A DNA stretch of 64,000 nucleotides from positions 33,976,757 to 34,040,756 of the forward strand of contig NC_134842.1 of the NCBI RefSeq assembly GCF_965363235.1. The letters are read 5' to 3'. The stretch comes from Mytilus galloprovincialis. Lineage: Eukaryota. This document shows positions 50,801-64,000 of this stretch, piece after piece. The number at the start of each line of letters is the position of its first letter. The stretch's first letter is position 1. The notes below the pieces were generated by a model. It was not told the origin of the DNA. It worked only from the letters and a program-made list of their open reading frames with translations, and did no database searches. Position numbers and translations under genes: made by a program.

Positions 50801-53800
50801 TTGGAATTGGTCAAGTTTTTGGCCCCTAATAGGCCCAAGACCACAATTAATGACCCCGCTTTTCGTTGTTCACGAATATAGTTCCCTTTAATTATAGTGT
50901 ATTTTTTCTTTATTTTTTTTTCTTTCCCTTTCTCATTCATTTCTTAGCTTTTCTGGGGTGGAAATGAAAGAAGAGAGCTGAAATAAACTTCTGGATGGTT
51001 TATTTTAACTGATTTTAATAAGGAAAGAGTGATTAGGCCAGGTGCAAAAAGGTTATATTTACACTTTTCGGAACATCTCTTGACTTGCCTATAGGGGTAT
51101 GGATGTGTATTGGCCAAATTTGTATGATGTAAAGATGCAATTTTTCTGAAAATTGCATATATTTTTGGACTTGTACTGTACATTACACACACAAAAAATT
51201 AGACAAAAAGAATTGGCAATTTTTTTTTAATGCGACAAAACGTTATAAAGAAATGATAGAGGAATTAATTGTGGTCTCGGGCCTAAGAGGTGCATTTCAG
51301 CAAATTTTGAATTTATACTTTGACAACTTCTCTGAATGATCTATTGGTATTGATTTGTCAAACTATATGAGAAGAAATGATTTCCACTTTTATTTGATAG
51401 AAATTTGTAAAAAAAGTCACTTTTCAGCTGATATGCCCAAAAAGTAGCTTTTTCACTTTTTTCAATATTTTTGCAAAAGCAGTATCCTTAATTTTTCTCT
51501 GACATTTTTTTTCTGATATTTATTTGTGTTTGTGGTATTTATTTCATGTGTTTTACTCATTTGTGAACTCTGAACACAAAGAAAAGTGGATAAAAGCATT
51601 AAAAGAGTGCAAAATGTGCTGTTTTAATAGTCTAGGTCTAACGGTCCGTACGAAGCAAGTGAAATATGAAGTTCTATGCACTTAAAAATTTTATTTCTTT
51701 AAACAGATTGCACTGAATCTATATCAAAAGCACTTATTACTGGTTGTTTAAACTTGTCTGTTTCACAGAATACCTTTATTTTCTTCTGTTGGATGGCTGG
51801 TGGTTAAAATTTTGGCATTTTAAGACTGAAATTTCATGCAGATTTTAAACAGTAAATTGAAAAAACTTTGCATCAGACCATACTGTCTACATATATAGTT
51901 AAAAGCAACAGTCTTGTAACATCCAGGCTTCATATTTGATCATATCTCAGCAAGGATTTGAGCAAAAAGAAGCATATTTCCATCTCCAATATCATTTATA
52001 TGCAATTTAATATGGAAATATAGGGAACGGCCCAAATTGACAACTTGTTATTTTAAGCTTGACATTGCTTAAGACCATGTAAAACTCATGTGTTATGCTC
52101 TTTGAAACTTATATTTACATCAAAAGAACATTTATGATATGTAAAATGTTTTGTTTTAACTTAACAACTTCAGAAAATTGTTGTAAGTGGAAAATATTAC
52201 ATTTCATATAAGGCCTCACTTCATTTGAAAACCTCTATTTTTTGGCATAGGCACATATAAAATTAACTTTTGTCAAATTTTTATAAGTCTCATACATTAA
52301 GTATGCTATCATGTACTTTGAATAGCTAATATATTATCCATTGAGACATTAAAAAGTGCAATTTGGTGTTTTTTGGGGATTTTTGAAGCCAAAATTTGAA
52401 AGTTGAAATTGTTCTATTTCAACGTCACAATTCAGCAACCAAAGTTGAGATATAAAAAATGCCACATTTTCTATAATATATATCATATGGCTTTGAAACT
52501 TTGTAAACTGACTCATAATACACTAAGCTTAACTCATGCCAAGTTTTATTGGAATTGGTCAAGTTTTTGGCCCCTAATAGGCCCAAGACCACAATTAATG
52601 ACCCCGCTTTTCGTTGTTCACGAATATAGTTCCCTTTAATTATAGTGTATTTTTTCTTTATTTTTTTTTCTTTCCCTTTCTCATTCATTTCTTAGCTTTT
52701 CTGGGGTGGAAATGAAAGAAGAGAGCTGAAATAAACTTCTGGATGGTTTATTTTAACTGATTTTAATAAGGAAAGAGTGATTAGGCCAGGTGCAAAAAGG
52801 TTATATTTACACTTTTCGGAACATCTCTTGACTTGCCTATAGGGGTATGGATGTGTATTGGCCAAATTTGTATGATGTAAAGATGCAATTTTTCTGAAAA
52901 TTGCATATATTTTTGGACTTGTACTGTACATTACACACACAAAAAATTAGACAAAAAGAATTGGCAATTTTTTTTTAATGCGACAAAACGTTATAAAGAA
53001 ATGATAGAGGAATTAATTGTGGTCTCGGGCCTAAGAGGTGCATTTCAGCAAATTTTGAATTTATACTTTGACAACTTCTCTGAATGATCTATTGGTATTG
53101 ATTTGTCAAACTATATGAGAAGAAATGATTTCCACTTTTATTTGATAGAAATTTGTAAAAAAAGTCACTTTTCAGCTGATATGCCCAAAAAGTAGCTTTT
53201 TCACTTTTTTCAATATTTTTGCAAAAGCAGTATCCTTAATTTTTCTCTGACATTTTTTTTCTGATATTTATTTGTGTTTGTGGTATTTATTTCATGTGTT
53301 TTACTCATTTGTGAACTCTGAACACAAAGAAAAGTGGATAAAAGCATTAAAAGAGTGCAAAATGTGCTGTTTTAATAGTCTAGGTCTAACGGTCCGTACG
53401 AAGCAAGTGAAATATGAAGTTCTATGCACTTAAAAATTTTATTTCTTTAAACAGATTGCACTGAATCTATATCAAAAGCACTTATTACTGGTTGTTTAAA
53501 CTTGTCTGTTTCACAGAATACCTTTATTTTCTTCTGTTGGATGGCTGGTGGTTAAAATTTTGGCATTTTAAGACTGAAATTTCATGCAGATTTTAAACAG
53601 TAAATTGAAAAAACTTTGCATCAGACCATACTGTCTACATATATAGTTAAAAGCAACAGTCTTGTAACATCCAGGCTTCATATTTGATCATATCTCAGCA
53701 AGGATTTGAGCAAAAAGAAGCATATTTCCATCTCCAATATCATTTATATGCAATTTAATATGGAAATATAGGGAACGGCCCAAATTGACAACTTGTTATT

Positions 53801-56800
53801 TTAAGCTTGACATTGCTTAAGACCATGTAAAACTCATGTGTTATGCTCTTTGAAACTTATATTTACATCAAAAGAACATTTATGATATGTAAAATGTTTT
53901 GTTTTAACTTAACAACTTCAGAAAATTGTTGTAAGTGGAAAATATTACATTTCATATAAGGCCTCACTTCATTTGAAAACCTCTATTTTTTGGCATAGGC
54001 ACATATAAAATTAACTTTTGTCAAATTTTTATAAGTCTCATACATTAAGTATGCTATCATGTACTTTGAATAGCTAATATATTATCCATTGAGACATTAA
54101 AAAGTGCAATTTGGTGTTTTTTGGGGATTTTTGAAGCCAAAATTTGAAAGTTGAAATTGTTCTATTTCAACGTCACAATTCAGCAACCAAAGTTGAGATA
54201 TAAAAAATGCCACATTTTCTATAATATATATCATATGGCTTTGAAACTTTGTAAACTGACTCATAATACACTAAGCTTAACTCATGCCAAGTTTTATTGG
54301 AATTGGTCAAGTTTTTGGCCCCTAAGAGGTGCATTTCAGCAAATTTTGAATTTATACTTTGACAACTTCTCTGAATGATCTATTGGTATTGATTTGTCAA
54401 ACTATATGAGAAGAAATGATTTCCACTTTTATTTGATAGAAATTTGTAAAAAAAGTCACTTTTCAGCTGATATGCCCAAAAAGTAGCTTTTTCACTTTTT
54501 TCAATATTTTTGCAAAAGCAGTATCCTTAATTTTTCTCTGACATTTTTTTTCTGATATTTATTTGTGTTTGTGGTATTTATTTCATGTGTTTTACTCATT
54601 TGTGAACTCTGAACACAAAGAAAAGTGGATAAAAGCATTAAAAGAGTGCAAAATGTGCTGTTTTAATAGTCTAGGTCTAACGGTCCGTACGAAGCAAGTG
54701 AAATATGAAGTTCTATGCACTTAAAAATTTTATTTCTTTAAACAGATTGCACTGAATCTATATCAAAAGCACTTATTACTGGTTGTTTAAACTTGTCTGT
54801 TTCACAGAATACCTTTATTTTCTTCTGTTGGATGGCTGGTGGTTAAAATTTTGGCATTTTAAGACTGAAATTTCATGCAGATTTTAAACAGTAAATTGAA
54901 AAAACTTTGCATCAGACCATACTGTCTACATATATAGTTAAAAGCAACAGTCTTGTAACATCCAGGCTTCATATTTGATCATATCTCAGCAAGGATTTGA
55001 GCAAAAAGAAGCATATTTCCATCTCCAATATCATTTATATGCAATTTAATATGGAAATATAGGGAACGGCCCAAATTGACAACTTGTTATTTTAAGCTTG
55101 ACATTGCTTAAGACCATGTAAAACTCATGTGTTATGCTCTTTGAAACTTATATTTACATCAAAAGAACATTTATGATATGTAAAATGTTTTGTTTTAACT
55201 TAACAACTTCAGAAAATTGTTGTAAGTGGAAAATATTACATTTCATATAAGGCCTCACTTCATTTGAAAACCTCTATTTTTTGGCATAGGCACATATAAA
55301 ATTAACTTTTGTCAAATTTTTATAAGTCTCATACATTAAGTATGCTATCATGTACTTTGAATAGCTAATATATTATCCATTGAGACATTAAAAAGTGCAA
55401 TTTGGTGTTTTTTGGGGATTTTTGAAGCCAAAATTTGAAAGTTGAAATTGTTCTATTTCAACGTCACAATTCAGCAACCAAAGTTGAGATATAAAAAATG
55501 CCACATTTTCTATAATATATATCATATGGCTTTGAAACTTTGTAAACTGACTCATAATACACTAAGCTTAACTCATGCCAAGTTTTATTGGAATTGGTCA
55601 AGTTTTTGGCCCCTAATAGGCCCAAGACCACAATTAATGACCCCGCTTTTCGTTGTTCACGAATATAGTTCCCTTTAATTATAGTGTATTTTTTCTTTAT
55701 TTTTTTTTCTTTCCCTTTCTCATTCATTTCTTAGCTTTTCTGGGGTGGAAATGAAAGAAGAGAGCTGAAATAAACTTCTGGATGGTTTATTTTAACTGAT
55801 TTTAATAAGGAAAGAGTGATTAGGCCAGGTGCAAAAAGGTTATATTTACACTTTTCGGAACATCTCTTGACTTGCCTATAGGGGTATGGATGTGTATTGG
55901 CCAAATTTGTATGATGTAAAGATGCAATTTTTCTGAAAATTGCATATATTTTTGGACTTGTACTGTACATTACACACACAAAAAATTAGACAAAAAGAAT
56001 AGGCAATTTTTTTTTAATGCGACAAAACGTTATAAAGAAATGATAGAGGAATTAATTGTGGTCTCGGGCCTAAGAGGTGCATTTCAGCAAATTTTGAATT
56101 TATACTTTGACAACTTCTCTGAATGATCTATTGGTATTGATTTGTCAAACTATATGAGAAGAAATGATTTCCACTTTTATTTGATAGAAATTTGTAAAAA
56201 AAGTCACTTTTCAGCTGATATGCCCAAAAAGTAGCTTTTTCACTTTTTTCAATATTTTTGCAAAAGCAGTATCCTTAATTTTTCTCTGACATTTTTTTTC
56301 TGATATTTATTTGTGTTTGTGGTATTTATTTCATGTGTTTTACTCATTTGTGAACTCTGAACACAAAGAAAAGTGGATAAAAGCATTAAAAGAGTGCAAA
56401 ATGTGCTGTTTTAATAGTCTAGGTCTAACGGTCCGTACGAAGCAAGTGAAATATGAAGTTCTATGCACTTAAAAATTTTATTTCTTTAAACAGATTGCAC
56501 TGAATCTATATCAAAAGCACTTATTACTGGTTGTTTAAACTTGTCTGTTTCACAGAATACCTTTATTTTCTTCTGTTGGATGGCTGGTGGTTAAAATTTT
56601 GGCATTTTAAGACTGAAATTTCATGCAGATTTTAAACAGTAAATTGAAAAAACTTTGCATCAGACCATACTGTCTACATATATAGTTAAAAGCAACAGTC
56701 TTGTAACATCCAGGCTTCATATTTGATCATATCTCAGCAAGGATTTGAGCAAAAAGAAGCATATTTCCATCTCCAATATCATTTATATGCAATTTAATAT

Positions 56801-59800
56801 GGAAATATAGGGAACGGCCCAAATTGACAACTTGTTATTTTAAGCTTGACATTGCTTAAGACCATGTAAAACTCATGTGTTATGCTCTTTGAAACTTATA
56901 TTTACATCAAAAGAACATTTATGATATGTAAAATGTTTTGTTTTAACTTAACAACTTCAGAAAATTGTTGTAAGTGGAAAATATTACATTTCATATAAGG
57001 CCTCACTTCATTTGAAAACCTCTATTTTTTGGCATAGGCACATATAAAATTAACTTTTGTCAAATTTTTATAAGTCTCATACATTAAGTATGCTATCATG
57101 TACTTTGAATAGCTAATATATTATCCATTGAGACATTAAAAAGTGCAATTTGGTGTTTTTTGGGGATTTTTGAAGCCAAAATTTGAAAGTTGAAATTGTT
57201 CTATTTCAACGTCACAATTCAGCAACCAAAGTTGAGATATAAAAAATGCCACATTTTCTATAATATATATCATATGGCTTTGAAACTTTGTAAACTGACT
57301 CATAATACACTAAGCTTAACTCATGCCAAGTTTTATTGGAATTGGTCAAGTTTTTGGCCCCTAATAGGCCCAAGACCACAATTAATGACCCCGCTTTTCG
57401 TTGTTCACGAATATAGTTCCCTTTAATTATAGTGTATTTTTTCTTTATTTTTTTTTCTTTCCCTTTCTCATTCATTTCTTAGCTTTTCTGGGGTGGAAAT
57501 GAAAGAAGAGAGCTGAAATAAACTTCTGGATGGTTTATTTTAACTGATTTTAATAAGGAAAGAGTGATTAGGCCAGGTGCAAAAAGGTTATATTTACACT
57601 TTTCGGAACATCTCTTGACTTGCCTATAGGGGTATGGATGTGTATTGGCCAAATTTGTATGATGTAAAGATGCAATTTTTCTGAAAATTGCATATATTTT
57701 TGGACTTGTACTGTACATTACACACACAAAAAATTAGACAAAAAGAATAGGCAATTTTTTTTTAATGCGACAAAACGTTATAAAGAAATGATAGAGGAAT
57801 TAATTGTGGTCTCGGGCCTAAGAGGTGCATTTCAGCAAATTTTGAATTTATACTTTGACAACTTCTCTGAATGATCTATTGGTATTGATTTGTCAAACTA
57901 TATGAGAAGAAATGATTTCCACTTTTATTTGATAGAAATTTGTAAAAAAAGTCACTTTTCAGCTGATATGCCCAAAAAGTAGCTTTTTCACTTTTTTCAA
58001 TATTTTTGCAAAAGCAGTATCCTTAATTTTTCTCTGACATTTTTTTTCTGATATTTATTTGTGTTTGTGGTATTTATTTCATGTGTTTTACTCATTTGTG
58101 AACTCTGAACACAAAGAAAAGTGGATAAAAGCATTAAAAGAGTGCAAAATGTGCTGTTTTAATAGTCTAGGTCTAACGGTCAGTACGAAGCAAGTGAAAT
58201 ATGAAGTTCTATGCACTTAAAAATTTTATTTCTTTAAACAGATTGCACTGAATCTATATCAAAAGCACTTATTACTGGTTGTTTAAACTTGTCTGTTTCA
58301 CAGAATACCTTTATTTTCTTCTGTTGGATGGCTGGTGGTTAAAATTTTGGCATTTTAAGACTGAAATTTCATGCAGATTTTAAACAGTAAATTGAAAAAA
58401 ACTTTGCATCAGACCATACTGTCTACATATATAGTTAAAAGCAACAGTCTTGTAACATCCAGGCTTCATATTTGATCATATCTCAGCAAGGATTTGAGCA
58501 AAAAGAAGCATATTTCCATCTCCAATATCATTTATATGCAATTTAATATGGAAATATAGGGAACGGCCCAAATTGACAACTTGTTATTTTAAGCTTGACA
58601 TTGCTTAAGACCATGTAAAACTCATGTGTTATGCTCTTTGAAACTTATATTTACATCAAAAGAACATTTATGATATGTAAAATGTTTTGTTTTAACTTAA
58701 CAACTTCAGAAAATTGTTGTAAGTGGAAAATATTACATTTCATATAAGGCCTCACTTCATTTGAAAACCTCTATTTTTTGGCATAGGCACATATAAAATT
58801 AACTTTTGTCAAATTTTTATAAGTCTCATACATTAAGTATGCTATCATGTACTTTGAATAGCTAATATATTATCCATTGAGACATTAAAAAGTGCAATTT
58901 GGTGTTTTTTGGGGATTTTTGAAGCCAAAATTTGAAAGTTGAAATTGTTCTATTTCAACGTCACAATTCAGCAACCAAAGTTGAGATATAAAAAATGCCA
59001 CATTTTCTATAATATATATCATATGGCTTTGAAACTTTGTAAACTGACTCATAATACACTAAGCTTAACTCATGCCAAGTTTTATTGGAATTGGTCAAGT
59101 TTTTGGCCCCTAATAGGCCCAAGACCACAATTAATGACCCCGCTTTTCGTTGTTCACGAATATAGTTCCCTTTAATTATAGTGTATTTTTTCTTTATTTT
59201 TTTTTCTTTCCCTTTCTCATTCATTTCTTAGCTTTTCTGGGGTGGAAATGAAAGAAGAGAGCTGAAATAAACTTCTGGATGGTTTATTTTAACTGATTTT
59301 AATAAGGAAAGAGTGATTAGGCCAGGTGCAAAAAGGTTATATTTACACTTTTCGGAACATCTCTTGACTTGCCTATAGGGGTATGGATGTGTATTGGCCA
59401 AATTTGTATGATGTAAAGATGCAATTTTTCTGAAAATTGCATATATTTTTGGACTTGTACTGTACATTACACACACAAAAAATTAGACAAAAAGAATAGG
59501 CAATTTTTTTTTAATGCGACAAAACGTTATAAAGAAATGATAGAGGAATTAATTGTGGTCTCGGGCCTAAGAGGTGCATTTCAGCAAATTTTGAATTTAT
59601 ACTTTGACAACTTCTCTGAATGATCTATTGGTATTGATTTGTCAAACTATATGAGAAGAAATGATTTCCACTTTTATTTGATAGAAATTTGTAAAAAAAG
59701 TCACTTTTCAGCTGATATGCCCAAAAAGTAGCTTTTTCACTTTTTTCAATATTTTTGCAAAAGCAGTATCCTTAATTTTTCTCTGACATTTTTTTTCTGA

Positions 59801-62800
59801 TATTTATTTGTGTTTGTGGTATTTATTTCATGTGTTTTACTCATTTGTGAACTCTGAACACAAAGAAAAGTGGATAAAAGCATTAAAAGAGTGCAAAATG
59901 TGCTGTTTTAATAGTCTAGGTCTAACGGTCCGTACGAAGCAAGTGAAATATGAAGTTCTATGCACTTAAAAATTTTATTTCTTTAAACAGATTGCACTGA
60001 ATCTATATCAAAAGCACTTATTACTGGTTGTTTAAACTTGTCTGTTTCACAGAATACCTTTATTTTCTTCTGTTGGATGGCTGGTGGTTAAAATTTTGGC
60101 ATTTTAAGACTGAAATTTCATGCAGATTTTAAACAGTAAATTGAAAAAACTTTGCATCAGACCATACTGTCTACATATATAGTTAAAAGCAACAGTCTTG
60201 TAACATCCAGGCTTCATATTTGATCATATCTCAGCAAGGATTTGAGCAAAAAGAAGCATATTTCCATCTCCAATATCATTTATATGCAATTTAATATGGA
60301 AATATAGGGAACGGCCCAAATTGACAACTTGTTATTTTAAGCTTGACATTGCTTAAGACCATGTAAAACTCATGTGTTATGCTCTTTGAAACTTATATTT
60401 ACATCAAAAGAACATTTATGATATGTAAAATGTTTTGTTTTAACTTAACAACTTCAGAAAATTGTTGTAAGTGGAAAATATTACATTTCATATAAGGCCT
60501 CACTTCATTTGAAAACCTCTATTTTTTGGCATAGGCACATATAAAATTAACTTTTGTCAAATTTTTATAAGTCTCATACATTAAGTATGCTATCATGTAC
60601 TTTGAATAGCTAATATATTATCCATTGAGACATTAAAAAGTGCAATTTGGTGTTTTTTGGGGATTTTTGAAGCCAAAATTTGAAAGTTGAAATTGTTCTA
60701 TTTCAACGTCACAATTCAGCAACCAAAGTTGAGATATAAAAAATGCCACATTTTCTATAATATATATCATATGGCTTTGAAACTTTGTAAACTGACTCAT
60801 AATACACTAAGCTTAACTCATGCCAAGTTTTATTGGAATTGGTCAAGTTTTTGGCCCCTAATAGGCCCAAGACCACAATTAATGACCCCGCTTTTCGTTG
60901 TTCACGAATATAGTTCCCTTTAATTATAGTGTATTTTTTCTTTATTTTTTTTTCTTTCCCTTTCTCATTCATTTCTTAGCTTTTCTGGGGTGGAAATGAA
61001 AGAAGAGAGCTGAAATAAACTTCTGGATGGTTTATTTTAACTGATTTTAATAAGGAAAGAGTGATTAGGCCAGGTGCAAAAAGGTTATATTTACACTTTT
61101 CGGAACATCTCTTGACTTGCCTATAGGGGTATGGATGTGTATTGGCCAAATTTGTATGATGTAAAGATGCAATTTTTCTGAAAATTGCATATATTTTTGG
61201 ACTTGTACTGTACATTACACACACAAAAAATTAGACAAAAAGAATAGGCAATTTTTTTTTAATGCGACAAAACGTTATAAAGAAATGATAGAGGAATTAA
61301 TTGTGGTCTCGGGCCTAAGAGGTGCATTTCAGCAAATTTTGAATTTATACTTTGACAACTTCTCTGAATGATCTATTGGTATTGATTTGTCAAACTATAT
61401 GAGAAGAAATGATTTCCACTTTTATTTGATAGAAATTTGTAAAAAAAGTCACTTTTCAGCTGATATGCCCAAAAAGTAGCTTTTTCACTTTTTTCAATAT
61501 TTTTGCAAAAGCAGTATCCTTAATTTTTCTCTGACATTTTTTTTCTGATATTTATTTGTGTTTGTGGTATTTATTTCATGTGTTTTACTCATTTGTGAAC
61601 TCTGAACACAAAGAAAAGTGGATAAAAGCATTAAAAGAGTGCAAAATGTGCTGTTTTAATAGTCTAGGTCTAACGGTCAGTACGAAGCAAGTGAAATATG
61701 AAGTTCTATGCACTTAAAAATTTTATTTCTTTAAACAGATTGCACTGAATCTATATCAAAAGCACTTATTACTGGTTGTTTAAACTTGTCTGTTTCACAG
61801 AATACCTTTATTTTCTTCTGTTGGATGGCTGGTGGTTAAAATTTTGGCATTTTAAGACTGAAATTTCATGCAGATTTTAAACAGTAAATTGAAAAAAACT
61901 TTGCATCAGACCATACTGTCTACATATATAGTTAAAAGCAACAGTCTTGTAACATCCAGGCTTCATATTTGATCATATCTCAGCAAGGATTTGAGCAAAA
62001 AGAAGCATATTTCCATCTCCAATATCATTTATATGCAATTTAATATGGAAATATAGGGAACGGCCCAAATTGACAACTTGTTATTTTAAGCTTGACATTG
62101 CTTAAGACCATGTAAAACTCATGTGTTATGCTCTTTGAAACTTATATTTACATCAAAAGAACATTTATGATATGTAAAATGTTTTGTTTTAACTTAACAA
62201 CTTCAGAAAATTGTTGTAAGTGGAAAATATTACATTTCATATAAGGCCTCACTTCATTTGAAAACCTCTATTTTTTGGCATAGGCACATATAAAATTAAC
62301 TTTTGTCAAATTTTTATAAGTCTCATACATTAAGTATGCTATCATGTACTTTGAATAGCTAATATATTATCCATTGAGACATTAAAAAGTGCAATTTGGT
62401 GTTTTTTGGGGATTTTTGAAGCCAAAATTTGAAAGTTGAAATTGTTCTATTTCAACGTCACAATTCAGCAACCAAAGTTGAGATATAAAAAATGCCACAT
62501 TTTCTATAATATATATCATATGGCTTTGAAACTTTGTAAACTGACTCATAATACACTAAGCTTAACTCATGCCAAGTTTTATTGGAATTGGTCAAGTTTT
62601 TGGCCCCTAATAGGCCCAAGACCACAATTAATGACCCCGCTTTTCGTTGTTCACGAATATAGTTCCCTTTAATTATAGTGTATTTTTTCTTTATTTTTTT
62701 TTCTTTCCCTTTCTCATTCATTTCTTAGCTTTTCTGGGGTGGAAATGAAAGAAGAGAGCTGAAATAAACTTCTGGATGGTTTATTTTAACTGATTTTAAT

Positions 62801-64000
62801 AAGGAAAGAGTGATTAGGCCAGGTGCAAAAAGGTTATATTTACACTTTTCGGAACATCTCTTGACTTGCCTATAGGGGTATGGATGTGTATTGGCCAAAT
62901 TTGTATGATGTAAAGATGCAATTTTTCTGAAAATTGCATATATTTTTGGACTTGTACTGTACATTACACACACAAAAAATTAGACAAAAAGAATAGGCAA
63001 TTTTTTTTTAATGCGACAAAACGTTATAAAGAAATGATAGAGGAATTAATTGTGGTCTCGGGCCTAAGAGGTGCATTTCAGCAAATTTTGAATTTATACT
63101 TTGACAACTTCTCTGAATGATCTATTGGTATTGATTTGTCAAACTATATGAGAAGAAATGATTTCCACTTTTATTTGATAGAAATTTGTAAAAAAAAGTC
63201 ACTTTTCAGCTGATATGCCCAAAAAGTAGCTTTTTCACTTTTTTCAATATTTTTGCAAAAGCAGTATCCTTAATTTTTCTCTGACATTTTTTTTCTGATA
63301 TTTATTTGTGTTTGTGGTATTTATTTCATGTGTTTTACTCATTTGTGAACTCTGAACACAAAGAAAAGTGGATAAAGCATTAAAAGAGTGCAAAATGTGC
63401 TGTTTTAATAGTCTAGGTCTAACGGTCCGTACGAAGCAAGTGAAATATGAAGTTCTATGCACTTAAAAATTTTATTTCTTTAAACAGATTGCACTGAATC
63501 TATATCAAAAGCACTTATTACTGGTTGTTTAAACTTGTCTGTTTCACAGAATACCTTTATTTTCTTCTGTTGGATGGCTGGTGGTTAAAATTTTGGCATT
63601 TTAAGACTGAAATTTCATGCAGATTTTAAACAGTAAATTGAAAAAACTTTGCATCAGACCATACTGTCTACATATATAGTTAAAAGCAACAGTCTTGTAA
63701 CATCCAGGCTTCATATTTGATCATATCTCAGCAAGGATTTGAGCAAAAAGAAGCATATTTCCATCTCCAATATCATTTATATGCAATTTAATATGGAAAT
63801 ATAGGGAACGGCCCAAATTGACAACTTGTTATTTTAAGCTTGACATTGCTTAAGACCATGTAAAACTCATGTGTTATGCTCTTTGAAACTTATATTTACA
63901 TCAAAAGAACATTTATGATATGTAAAATGTTTTGTTTTAACTTAACAACTTCAGAAAATTGTTGTAAGTGGAAAATATTACATTTCATATAAGGCCTCAC

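Larger units (their letters stand above)
24689..64000. repeat. Macrosatellite: at least 22.5 head-to-tail units of 1748/1749 bp (long form) or 1291/1292 bp (short form), >99% identical, running off the right end of the window
   Basis: Exact periodicity in the ORF track. MKLFYFNV ORF starts at 26258, 28006, 29754, 31502, 33250, 34999, 36291, 37582, 39330, 41079, 42370, 44119, 45410, 47159, 48907, 50655, 52403, 54151, 55442, 57190, 58939, 60687 and 62436. The left boundary at 24689 is a sharp transition from unique sequence. Confidence 0.95.

Noticed and set aside
26258-63462. Periodic ORFs of 75-87 aa on both strands inside every macrosatellite unit (MKLFYFNVTIQQPKL..., MNEKGKEKKIKKKY..., MCVMYSTSPKIYAIF...)
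   Set aside because: They are low-complexity and AT-driven. They overlap one another on opposite strands, have no recognisable domain or homolog and no splice or promoter context. Their periodicity simply mirrors the repeat. I treat them as non-coding.
1-64000. Prokaryotic interpretation (operons, defence islands, promoters and terminators of bacterial type)
   Set aside because: The gene structure (GT-AG introns, Kozak start, exons of 111-351 nt matching a eukaryote-only protein), the base composition and the repeat landscape are unambiguously eukaryotic. No bacterial-style gene-dense coding is present.

Overview
This is eukaryotic (metazoan) genomic DNA, not prokaryotic: AT-rich (roughly one-third GC), with canonical GT-AG introns, satellite arrays and MITEs. 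The six-frame ORF track is mostly noise here. Three things dominate the window. (1) A complete, intact major vault protein (MVP) gene on the + strand, 12 coding exons spanning 5526-17861. Every exon boundary was reconstructed by hand from splice signals and translation. Total CDS is 2580 nt = 859 aa + stop, with all phases consistent, and it is collinear with vertebrate MVP along its whole length (N-terminal IPPYxYxHVLDQN, GEEWL-type vault repeats, HNAAVQ(I/V)YDY, FSVPDF(I/V)[38 protein letters not shown]). MVP presence plus the repeat content suggests a mollusc-like, possibly bivalve, genome, but species cannot be assigned. (2) The MVP introns and 3' flank are heavily colonised by repeats. 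Three copies of a ~1.7-2 kb non-autonomous Helitron/Helentron-like element carry internal satellites (163-bp, ~133-bp and 35-bp hairpin units). An inverted pair of a 586-bp TIR-MITE brackets exons 11-12. A ~60/120-bp minisatellite runs directly into the exon-3 splice acceptor. A 27-nt inverted copy of the exon-3 5' end lies in intron 4. (3) From 24689 to the end of the window (and evidently beyond) there is a macrosatellite of at least 22.5 near-identical head-to-tail units. Units are 1748 bp (long form) or 1291 bp (short form). The 457-bp difference is a 448-bp MITE-like insertion (18-bp TIRs, 9-bp TSD CCTAAKAGG), present in 19 units and cleanly absent, with an intact empty site, in 5 units. 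The array's left boundary coincides exactly with that element's left TIR. No rRNA, tRNA, CRISPR or prokaryotic operon structure is present.
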